Below, one piece after another: positions 49,901-60,890 of a stretch of DNA of 64,000 nt. The stretch lies in assembly GCA_950097015.1 (NCBI GenBank), contig CATNEN010000039.1, positions 7,750,001 to 7,814,000 on the forward strand, written 5' to 3'. The translations under genes and the position numbers were made by a program. The notes under the pieces were generated by a model. It saw only the letters and a program-made list of their open reading frames with translations, was not told where the DNA came from and searched no databases. Source of the stretch: Macrostomum hystrix. Taxonomy: Eukaryota; Animalia; Platyhelminthes. Position 1 is the first letter of the stretch; each line of letters starts with the position of its first letter.

Positions 49901-51099
49901 CCGGGTGACCCTGACCCTGTTCCCAATCTGGTTCTCCGTGGCCTTCACTTATTACGGTGTAACCTTGCTCAGCTCAGATGTGACCTCAATCAAGCAGCAC
50001 TGCTCAAGCGCCCAAAGTGAGGCCGGTGCCGACGTCGACAGCTCCTGTTGTCGAACACTGCAGTCCGCGGACTTCATTGCCATGCTGCTGGCTTCAGCTG
50101 GCGAACTCTTCATCCTGCCGTTGAACCTGCTTCTGCTGGACCGGATCGGGCGGCGACTGACAGCAGCGATTCTGTTTGGCTGCACCGCCTTCTTCGTTGG
50201 CCTCGTTGGCGCCTGCGTGCCACCCTGGGCCACCACCGGCTTCCTGTTTGTGTCCAAGGGCTGCGCTGCCGCCCTCTTCAACTGGTGCTATCTCTATACG
50301 GCTGAGGCGAGTTCTGTGATTCTAAATTAGAAATTTAGCTGCAATATCGATTTCAGCTACTTACAGTAGAAAGTAGAACATATGGCTATGAGTCGAAAAG
50401 ATTTATTTTGTTTTTCAATTCTTACACTTTAATATTAAATTTTACGACTAACAGTAAAAAACCACAGGAGATATTTCAAAGATCCACGTATTTATTTTTT
50501 TCTATATCTCCTTAAAATGTTCAACCAATCGCCAGGATAATCCAGAGCGTCGGCTAAAATTTTCCACTCTATCCGATGAAACAACTTCCAGAATCCCAAA
50601 ACATCGGCATCGTCAAGATATTCAATGATTCTCGTCGGGGTGTCTGGTGGCAAAAAAACCACCAATATAGGCATAGTTTCTCTGCTCATAGAATTTCACC
50701 ATTTAACAATTTCGGCTATTGTTGTCGATCGCATTGTATAATATTGTTAACTATTATATTATTCAACCAATAGGGATTCGCCACAGAGGTTCATACTGAG
50801 CAATGTTGGTTGTTCTTCTGCAGGTCTATCCGACTTCGGTGCGCAGTCTGGGCATCGGGTTGAACTCAGCGGCGGCCAGGATTGGCTCCATGCTGACACC
50901 TGTGGTGGCCCAGGTGCTGCTGCCTCAGGTCAGCACCGGCCTGGCTCTATCGGCGTACGTCGGCCTGAACCTCCTCTGCTGCTGCCTGGCCGTGTCGCTG
51001 CCTGTGGAGACCCTAGGCCGAGCTCTACAACAGTCTGTGGTGTCCGAGGACCTGAACACCACCGACAATGCTGCTGCTGCTGCTGCTAAAACTGAATAA
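46975..51099 (+). CDS. Synaptic vesicle 2-related (SVOP/SVOPL-like) MFS transporter (~522 aa)
   Basis: Exons 46975-47020, 47592-47764, 48404-48889, 48993-49130, 49857-50306, 50824-51099 total 1569 nt. Motifs VEYFGCGRFQ, ADAMEMMLL..L.PALRCEW, WGAIADKLGRR, PESLRFL, YYGVTLL, DRIGRR, YTAE|VYPTSVR. The first exon is the least certain. Confidence 0.9.
47165..47412 (-). mobile_element. SINE family A copy in SVOP intron 1
   Basis: Reverse complement of 16270-16520. Confidence 0.88.
47808..48070 (-). mobile_element. SINE family A copy in SVOP intron 2
   Basis: Reverse complement of family A, with an intact B box (GGGAATCGAACCC). Confidence 0.88.
49175..49820. repeat. Heterogeneous ~19-bp minisatellite TGTCTAACAGGATCATCMM in SVOP intron 4
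   Basis: Repeated TGTCTAACAG core with variable spacers. Confidence 0.93.
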
Positions 51100-51225
51100 A
51101 ATTCTCTTTAGATTCGAAAATACGAGTATATGCATAGATTTTTTCTTTACACTTGACTGGCTGTTTGATAAAATGAAGTTTCTAATAATTTCATGATTTT
51201 GTTGTTTGGTAATCTGATTTTTTTC

Positions 51226-51795
51226 AGGGTCAATGGCAAAGCGGTTAACGCGTTCACCTACCACAACAATGTCCGTGAGCTCGGTCCCTGGCCGCATTAA
51301 ATTATGGCGCAGCCGCGGAGAGAAGGCTTGGGGTCTGGTCGAGAAATTTACGCCGTTGAAAGGGTCCAACTACGACCTACGACCCACAACCTACAACCTA
51401 CAACCTACAACCTACGACCTACAACCTACAACCTACAACCTACAACCTACGACCTACAACCTACGACCTACGACCTACAACCTACATCCTACAACCTACA
51501 ACCTACATCCTACGACCTACAACCTACAACCTACAACCTACAACCTAAATCCTACGACCTACGACCTACAACCTACAACCTACAACCTACGACCTACAAC
51601 CTACAACCTACGACCTACAACCCACAACCTACAACCTACAACCTACAACCTACAACCTACAACCTACAACCTACCTCTAACAAGGCGCAGTGAGAGTGCA
51701 CATTGTTTGACGATGAGAAAGTCAGGGCAGATTTACACTCCTGCGTCTGAGTGTGTACTCAGGAGTCAGCAGAATGAGCAGAATTGCCTCCTGGC
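51226..51795 (+). mobile_element. SINE family B split by a 7-bp microsatellite (ACAACCT/ACGACCT, 51367-51675)
   Basis: Family B head and body on the left, AAGGCGCAGTGAGAGTGCAC continuation on the right. Confidence 0.85.
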
Positions 51796-51859
51796 TCTAC
51801 TCTTAAGTGTTGATTGATTTATTGCTTGTCTATTTTTTGGTTGACTCTTAGACTTCTAG

Positions 51860-52600
51860 AGGAACACGAATGTAAGATATGAACTGGAACACGAATGTAA
51901 GACATGAACTGGAACACGAATGTAAGATATGAACTGGAACACAAATGTAAGATATGAACTGAAACACGAATGTAAGACATGAACTGGAACACGAATGTAA
52001 GACATGATCTGGAACACAAATGTAAGATATGAACTGGAACACAAATGTAAGATATGAACTGGAACACGAATATAAGACATGAACTGGAACACGAATGTAA
52101 GATATGAACTGGAACACGAATGTAAGACATGAACTGGAACACGAATGTAAGATATGAACTGGAACACAAATGTAAGATATGAACTGGAACACGAATGTAA
52201 GACATGAACTGGAACACGAATGTAAGACATGATCTGGAACACAAATGTAAGATATGAACTGGAACACAAATGTAAGATATGAACTGGAACACGAATATAA
52301 GACATGAACTGGAACACGAATGTAAGATATGAACTGGAACACGAATGTAAGACATGAACTGGAACACGAATGTAAGATATGAACTGGAACACAAATGTAA
52401 GATATGAACTGGAACACGAATGTAAGATATGAACTGGAACACGAATGTAAGACATGAACTGGAACACGAATGTAAGACATGAACTGGAACACGAATGTAA
52501 GATATGAACTGGAACACAAATGTAAGACATGAACTGGAACACGAATGTAAGAACTGGAACACGAATGTAAGATATGAACTGGAACACAAATGTAAGATTA
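51860..52600. repeat. Minisatellite, 25-bp unit GAACTGGAACACRAATGTAAGAYAT
   Basis: Visible tandem repeat; produces three spurious minus-strand ORFs. Confidence 0.98.
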
Positions 52601-53126
52601 TGAAGATTAAATGCATTCTTATAATGGGTAGTTATTAGTACATTGCTCTATTGATTTGATTCGCTGTTTAATTGATTGACAGATTGGTAGACCAATCTTG
52701 TTTGTCTCGAATTGAGTCTAATATCTGCATTTTGTCTCGTCAAGCACTTTTATTATGAGTCGAGCGGCATTGTTGCAGAAGGCACGCCAAAAATGTCGCC
52801 CCGAAGCGCAGGCCAGCGCCCTGCTTTCAGAAGCAATGAAGCAATCGACAGACACAGTGCGATTGTCCCACCTGGGCTAATTCTCATGCGGCCGTAACTC
52901 AAATTAACAATCAAAAAAGTGTTTCGACTTGTTACTCTTGGAGTTATCGCTCACTCTAATCAGTTGTGGGACAACTCAGAGAAATATTCTGTGTGCGATT
53001 GTGTCTAGTGCGCGTCCACCCCAAAATGTTACACGCATTCGGTGTTCAAAGCTCGTATATTTGGGCGCCGGTTGACAGCGCCAGAATCGGCTTTCCTAGA
53101 AATAAACTTTTGAATTCCAAAAAAAC

Positions 53127-56100
53127 ATGGCTGCTGGCCTTCGTATTGTAGCCGTGTACATATTGGCAACATTTGTAGCCATGGCAACGGCTAAGCAGCT
53201 TTGGATCGGTGAGATTGAAAAGTACATGCATCTGTTATATGCATTAAAATACAAATAACAGACTGATTTGTAAAACATTTCGAAATTGTTTTATTCAGAA
53301 AACAATTTTCTAATTTAAAAGTTAATTTTTTTCAACCTTGCAATTTATACCTTTCAACAGGCCTTATATACTCCCGTATAACAGGTTATACTCCTGTCTA
53401 ACAAGTTATACTCCTGTCTAACAGGTTATACTCCTGTCTAACAGGTTATACTCCTGTCTAACAGGTTATACTCCTGTCTAACAGGTTATACTCCTGTCTA
53501 ACAGGTTATACTCCTGTCTAACAGGTTATACTCCTGTCTAACAGGTTATACTCCTGTCTAACAGGTTATACTCCTGTCTAACAGGTTATACTCCTGTCTA
53601 ACAGGTTATACTCCTGTCTAACAGGTTATACTCCTGTCTAACAGGTTATACTCCTGTCTAACAGGTTATACTCCTGTCTAACAGGTTATACTCCTGTCTA
53701 ACAGGTTATACTCCTGTCTAACAGGTTATACTCCTGTCTAACAGGTTATACTCCTGTCTAACAGGTTATACTCCTGTCTAACAGGTTATACTCCTGTCTA
53801 ACAGGTTATACTCCTGTCTAACAGGTTATACTCCTGTCTAACAGGTTATACTCCTGTCTAACAGGTTATACTCCTGTCTAACAGGTTATACTCCTGTCTA
53901 ACAGGTTATACTCCTGTCTAACAGGTTATACTCCTGTCTAACAGGTTATACTCCTGTCTAACAGGTTATACTCCTGTCTAACAGGTTATACTCCTGTCTA
54001 ACAGGTTATACTCCTGTCTAACAGGTTATACTCCTGTCTAACAGGTTATACTCCTGTCTAACAGGTTATACTCCTGTCTAACAGGTTATACTCCTGTCTA
54101 ACAGGTTAAACCCACCTGTCTAATAGGTTTTCATATTGTCTAGCAAGTTTTTTTCTCCTGTCTAACAGCTCTGATCCTCATTTCCAAGGCACGTCACCAT
54201 TCTGCGACGGTCAGCCTCGCGACTGTCCAATTTTCGACATGACCTACGTACGCTCCGACAAGTATGGCGACGGCAAGATGTGCCTCACGGGAACGAAAGT
54301 GCTGTGCCAGGCCAAACCGCTGCCGCATCGCCTGCAGGACTCCCCGGCCAATCAGCTCACTGTGGCCACCTACAATGTGTTTGAGAGGCCGTACTTTATC
54401 ACACACGACGGACAGACGGAGCGAACCTGCCACATTCCCAGGGGTTAGTGCTGATTCAGAATTCAAGTGCCAATGCATTCACCACCAGACAGTACCAACC
54501 CCCACAGCACCCACAGGACCCACAACCCAACAGCACCCACAACCCCACGGCACCCACAACTCCACAGGACCCACAACCCCACAGGACCCACAACCCCACA
54601 GGACCCACAACCCCACATTACCCTAAACCCCAACGCACCCTACAGCACCCACAACCCCACAGGACCCACAACCCCACAGGACCCACAACCCCACAGGACC
54701 CACAACCCCACATTACCCTAAACCCCAACGCACCCTACAGCACCCACAACCCCACAGGACCCACAACCTCACAGGACCCACAACCCCACATTACCCTGAA
54801 CCCCAACGCACCCACAGCTAACAAGCATTATTTTTGTTGAACCAGATGGATAAGCTAAGAGCACAAATTTTGCCGTCTTCATTTCAACCGACGCACAGCT
54901 CTCCTTTCGAAGTTTCCCGAGCTCGACTTAGTCATCTTCGAGGAGGCCTTCATGGGCGGCTGCTGGTACGACGACCGGCTGGTGAGCCTGAGGGCCCTGA
55001 TGGTCGAGCACGGCTTCCCGCACTACACTGAGACTGTCGGCAGCTATCTGGAGTCCTACTTCATCATCAATGGCGGCGTCTTCATCGCGTCGCGCTGGCC
55101 GATCACCCGCACGACGCGCATGCAATTCGCCGAGTCCGGCCACGCCGACAAGTTTTCTAAGAAAGGCGCCGTCTATGCACGCATCGACAAGCGCGGCAGC
55201 ATCTATCACATTGTTGGCACACACATGCAGGTTATAATACTAATAATAATAATAATAATAATAATAAGAATAATAAAAATAATAATAATGATAATAATAA
55301 ATATATTTGAAAGAAGGCTGCACGAAATTGCTCATCATTTGGTGACCCACAGCCAGCGAGGAGGCCATTCTGCCCATTTCGCTGATTCCTGAGCACATAG
55401 ATACTGTACGCAGGCATCACACACACAGGTGTGTACACCTGCCCTGACTTTCTCATCGTCATCGATCTCTCCTGAGATCCTTGTCTGCTTCCAGTAATCC
55501 CAAAGCTTTCCTTCGGATCCCAATATCTTTCTCAGAAATCCAAGCAACAACTTTCCTGAGATACCAGCGCCCTCAAAGAAGTTTCGAAACTTTCCTAGAA
55601 ATACTCAAGATTTCGTAGAAATCCCAATATCTTCCCAAAACATCCCGAGGATAATTCTCAGCGCTCCAAACGAAATTCCCAGGCCCAAATCGGGATCGCC
55701 TACGACAAGATTCGCGTCAGCCAGGCCATCGAGTTGCGAAGCTTCGTCGCCTCGATGAGCCTTCCAGCTAATGAGCCGGTGCTCATCGGCGGCGACTTCA
55801 ACTGCGACCTGAACAACAACCCGGATAACGTGCGCGATGTTATTTCCTACGGCATGAACTCCGTGACGCCGCAAATTGTTGGCGATGTGCGGGCAACCTA
55901 CGACTATCAGACCAACGACGTGGTGGAGCCCGGCAACACGGTGCTGGAGTGGCTGGACTATGTGGCCCACAGCCGCAGCCATAAGAGTCCGCAGAAGGCC
56001 ACACTGGAGGCGCACCGACTGACTGCAGACCAGGACATCACCTACTGCAACTCCGCCCCGGTGCAGCCCTACTATGTCTGGCCGTGGGCGTCCACCTGCT

Positions 56101-56165
56101 CGAAGGTGAAGACCACGCGTCACCTGTCCGACCACTACCCGGTGATTGGTAGGTTTGTGTTCTGA
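53127..56165 (+). CDS. Secreted Mg2+-dependent sphingomyelinase C-like enzyme (EEP/DNase I-like fold) with an N-terminal Cys-rich module (~383 aa)
   Basis: Exons 53127-53208, 54189-54443, 54899-55230, 55683-56165 total 1152 nt. Signal peptide MAAGLRIVAVYILATFVAMATA; motifs TYNV, FEEAF, NGGVFIASRWPI, ADKFSKKG, GTHMQA, GGDFN, LDYV, LSDHYPV. Confidence 0.88.
53357..54108. repeat. Near-perfect minisatellite, 20-bp unit ACAGGTTATACTCCTGTCTA (~37 units)
   Basis: Essentially invariant units in sphingomyelinase intron 1. Confidence 0.99.
54495..54816. repeat. C/A-rich 17-bp tandem repeat ACCCACAACCCCACAGG with higher-order structure
   Basis: Visible in sphingomyelinase intron 2. Confidence 0.92.
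55235..55462 (-). mobile_element. SINE family B 3' end with (ATA)n tail abutting a splice donor
   Basis: Reverse complement of the family B 3' body; the tail starts about 4 nt after the donor at 55231. Confidence 0.75.
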
Positions 56166-57494
56166 TGAAGAATCACTGCTGGATCTTCGGCGATGAAATA
56201 AAATGGTTAAAAATCAGCTCGAGGCGAGTCTATCAACATCGCGTCGTTTTATTTACTTATTTTCGTTAGGTTTTCTAGAAAGCAGTGAGAATTCAAAAAA
56301 GGCAGTCAGATTGCCGAAAAGGCAGTGAGATGGCTAAGAAATTCAGGCAGATTTCTAAGAAAGCCAGTCTATTTTCTAAGAAAGTCGGATGTCTAAATAA
56401 GGCACTAAGATTTATAAAAAGACAATTAGATTTTTTAAAGTTGGAAGGGCAGTCAGACTTCTAAAAATGAAAATTCAGTGACGAGTCTCGTAAAATAAAA
56501 AAAATGCTTCGAGCATCATGCTACTTATAATTAAGTTGTAGTACAAGTACGCGCGTATATAAATAAATCAATGCGTCATAGACTCACGAGGTGTTAGTTT
56601 AGTTAGTTAGTTTCTTGAGAAACGACTAAATTTCTCAGTGAATTTTTTCTTTAGCGCACCATATAATCGCAGTATGCTACTTATTAGTATTTTATAAACA
56701 GTGCGGAAGTAGTATGTTTTGTACATTGTGCACAAGCCAAGAAAATTAATTTCGGAGAAATTTTTAGGCTCAAAGAGTTCTCAACAATATCGTCTAGAAT
56801 ATTAGGCACTCATGAGCCTCATATATCCCTGCTGAAAAAGGCACCCAAGACTGCGAAATTGAATAGCATAAATAAGTTTCTCAATGCCTCTATTGAGTCC
56901 TTGTGGGCGACCTGCTAATTGATTTCCGGTTAGCATTGACGCCACTTATTAATTTCATCCGTAGAAAAGCACCAAAAAATGTGATAATAAATCTGTCTCA
57001 AGCAGTTCATGATGCACTTTTACTCTTTTGTACTTCCTTTGAATCTGAATTCGGATTTGAATTTGAAAATTTATAAACCTCGTGTTCCGGAAAATTCCGG
57101 AAAATTCGAATTCCGGAAAAACTCATTTGATCACAGATCAACTTAATGACTCATACTGTAAGCCAAGAAGTTTTGCCAAGTAGTAAAAACTCACCAAAAC
57201 TCACTTCGCTAATAATCTTCAACTTACTCTCGACAGAAGTCCGCAGAAAATCCGCTTGTTTCTTGACCAGCCAACTGTCGAACGCCCTGTCAGAAACCTG
57301 ATTGATGACTCCCGCTCGTGATCAATGCGGCCAATCGATAAACTGATCCACCGACCGACTCTGGCTGGACCAACTCAAGACTGGCCAGTTGAGCACAGTT
57401 ATGTTCTGGCTATAATCTCAATCTAGATTTTATGAGATTCTGGCTTGATCGGATCTTTCAATCAGGGTGTTTGAACCCTTAGAACAGAGCCTGC

Positions 57495-59376
57495 AAACCT
57501 GTTGGACAGAGCATTCACCTGTTAGACAAAGCATCCGAACACCTGTTAGACAGAGCATCCGAACACCTGTTAGACATAGCATCCGAACACCTGTTAGACA
57601 AAGCATCCGAACACCTGTTAGACATAGCATCCGAACACCTGTTAGACAAAGCATCCGAACACCTGTTAGACAGAGCATCCGAACACCTGTTAGACAGAGC
57701 ATCCGCGAACACCTGTTAGACAGAGAATCCGAACCTGTTAGACAGAGCCTCCAAACCTGTTAGATAGAGTATCCGAACCTGTTAGACAGAGTATCCGAAC
57801 CTGTTAGACAGAGCCTCCGAACCTGTTAGACAGAGAATCCGAACCTGTTAGACAGAGAATCCGAACCTGTTAGACAGAGAATCCGAACCTGTTAGACAGA
57901 GAATCCGAACCTGTTAGACAGAGCCTCCGAACCTGTTAGACAGAGAATCCGAACCTGTTAGACAGAGTATCCGAACCTGTTAGACAGAGCCTCCGAACCT
58001 GTTAGACAGAGCCTCCAAACCTGTTAGACAGAGAATCCAAACCTGTTAGACAGAGTATCCGAACCTGTTAGACAGAGAATCCGAACCTGTTAGACAGAGC
58101 CTCCGAACCTGTTAGATAGAGTATCCGAACCTGTTAGACAGAGCATTCGAACCTGTTAGACAGAGAATCCGAACCTGTTAGACAGAGTATCCGAACCTGT
58201 TAGACAGAGCATTCGAACCTGTTAGACAGAGAATCAGAACCTGTTAGACAGAGCCTCCAAACCTGTTAGACAGAGAATCCGAACCTGTTAGACAGAGAAT
58301 CCAAACCTGTTAGACAGAGAATCCAAACCTGTTAGACAGAGAATCCGAACCTGTTAGACAGAGCCTCCAAACCTGTTAGATAGAGTATCCGAACCTGTTA
58401 GACAGAGTATCCGAACCTGTTAGACAGAGCATCCGCGAACACCTGTTAGACAGAGAATCCGAACCTGTTAGACAGAGCCTCCAAACCTGTTAGATAGAGT
58501 ATCCGAACCTGTTAGACAGAGTATCCGAACCTGTTAGACAGAGCCTCCGAACCTGTTAGACAGAGAATCCGAACCTGTTAGACAGAGTATCCGAACCTGT
58601 TAGATAGAGTATCCGAACCTGTTAGACAGAGTATCCGAACCTGTTAGACAGAGAATCCGAACCTGTTAGACAGAGAATCCGAACCTGTTAGACAGAGAAT
58701 CCGAACCTGTTAGACAGAGAATCCGAACCTGTTAGACAGAGCCTCCGAACCTGTTAGACAGAGAATCCGAACCTGTTAGACAGAGTATCCGAACCTGTTA
58801 GACAGAGCCTCCGAACCTGTTAGACAGAGCCTCCAAACCTGTTAGACAGAGAATCCAAACCTGTTAGACAGAGTATCCGAACCTGTTAGACAGAGAATCC
58901 GAACCTGTTAGACAGAGCCTCCGAACCTGTTAGATAGAGTATCCGAACCTGTTAGACAGAGCATTCGAACCTGTTAGACAGAGAATCCGAACCTGTTAGA
59001 CAGAGTATCCGAACCTGTTAGACAGAGCATTCGAACCTGTTAGACAGAGAATCAGAACCTGTTAGACAGAGCCTCCAAACCTGTTAGACAGAGAATCCGA
59101 ACCTGTTAGACAGAGAATCCAAACCTGTTAGACAGAGAATCCAAACCTGTTAGACAGAGAATCCGAACCTGTTAGACAGAGCCTCCAAACCTGTTAGATA
59201 GAGTATCCGAACCTGTTAGACAGAGTATCCGAACCTGTTAGACAGAGAATCCGAACCTGTTAGACAGAGAATCCGAACCTGTTAGACAGAGAATCCGAAC
59301 CTGTTAGACAGAGAATCCGAACCTGTTAGACAGAGCCTCCGAACCTGTTAGACAGAGAATCCGAACCTGTTAGACG
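57495..59376. repeat. Minisatellite, 21/23-bp unit GAACCTGTTAGACAGAG(AAT/TAT/CCT)CC with a ~730-bp higher-order duplication
   Basis: Visible tandem repeat; the rare variant ATCCGCGAACACC occurs at 57701 and 58431, followed by the same order of variants. Confidence 0.98.
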
Positions 59377-60890
59377 CATAAGACGAAGGTTTCAGATAGT
59401 GAGTTATTGTACTTGAGCAGACTCAAGCCTACTTAGCTGCCGAAACCTCAAACGCTAAATGGAGCAGCCCCACGCAACCCCGCAGCTCAGTGATCCCTGA
59501 GCACACTCGGTCCCAGAGCCTTAATGAATTGTCATTTGGAAGGCTTCGCCTATTGTTCTCTAATCAAAGGGATCCAGATACAGAGCTATTGAGTGGCTGC
59601 AATCCTAACAACTGAAATGCGAGTAGAAACTCTGCGTGAAGACATGTGGTTTGCGCTGGGCCAGCGAGATCGCATGCAGTGCATTGCTAGCGGTATGCGA
59701 ACTTGAAGCGACAGAAGAAACCGGCAGTTTTTATAGTGGCAAACGCATTTACCAGCTTTGATAGTGCCTCTCCAGATGGTCTCTGCCTAACAGCCTGCAC
59801 CCTTGCCAGGGAGTAAAACCGCTTACTGCTAGAAACAGACAGCGGCTCAAACTAAAAACAATGCTATTAGCCACTGGAAGGCTCAAGTTTTGAGAATATT
59901 TCACGACTGACACCTCGGCGCAGACAAATCGCTGTGGAATGGCACGGGAGGGAAGAAGGAAGATGGTGGGAGAACTAATTCAAAGAATAAGAGAATAAGG
60001 ATAACCGAGAAGTAAAGGACAGCTGAAGTACCGAGACTCTGGTAGCAAGCGAGGTGGGGCTGAGGGACCAGAAAGCAGGGGGGGACTGCGAGAATCACGA
60101 CAAAAAGGTTGTGGCTGGGGGGGGCAGAAAAACTGGTTAGGGGAGACGGCTGCGCCAGCCAATCAGCTCGGGGGTTAGAAGGGGTGGGCCTCGCAGGACA
60201 TGCGTCACGAGAGACGAGGGAGAGATGGAGACGAAAGGGCTGCCAGCCAGAGCCAATCAGCGATCTCCGAGGGCTAAGCCAAAAGACAGACCCGCGGAGC
60301 CGGATTTGGCCAGACAGCACAAAACAGGAGGAGCTGCGGAATGGCACAATGGGGTGCAGCACGCAGAATCTGCTTTAATTATGATTAAATTAGATTACCA
60401 TCTTGGAAATTATTTACAAGAATTGAATTGGTTTTTGGAAATGAGATGAGAACATCTATGCATAGGTCCAACGGCATCGATTCTATGATGCCATCGGAAA
60501 GAAACAGAAAATCTAATTATTTTTTGTACAAAATACTGTCGCCTAAAGTTCTATATTTAAAGTTCAGAGCAATTGGTGATCAACTAATATCTCTGTTTAT
60601 TGTATCATGGTTTTGTCTATTCTAGGCTCATTAAAAATAACTAGCTAAGTTATACAAAATTGACTACGTTAAAGTGACAATCGTTCAAGAGATAGAGGGA
60701 TTTCAAAAGTATTTGATGCGGATATCAAATCCGGCAGATGTGGGAATCAGAATCGTGACAAACAATAGTGACAGCCAACCCCACCGCCAGCGAGGAGGCA
60801 AATCAGCCTATCCCGCTTGCGCCGAGAGTAATAGTAAACTTTTTCTAGATGGGAGACCTTGGTTTAAAATATCGAACTGGAGTCGCAGAC

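Noticed and set aside
55605-56135. Antisense ORFs overlapping real exons (also at 299-754, 17671-18108 and 61135-61710)
   Set aside because: Shadow ORFs expected from GC3-rich coding sequence.
57495-59376. CRISPR-like constant repeat with variable spacer
   Set aside because: The variable part is only a few nt drawn from a handful of variants; there are no unique spacers, no cas genes, and the context is eukaryotic.
59901-60449. ORFs in the GC/purine-rich block downstream of the Kv gene
   Set aside because: No recognisable motifs or splice structure; possibly a TE or regulatory remnant, but I cannot support a call.
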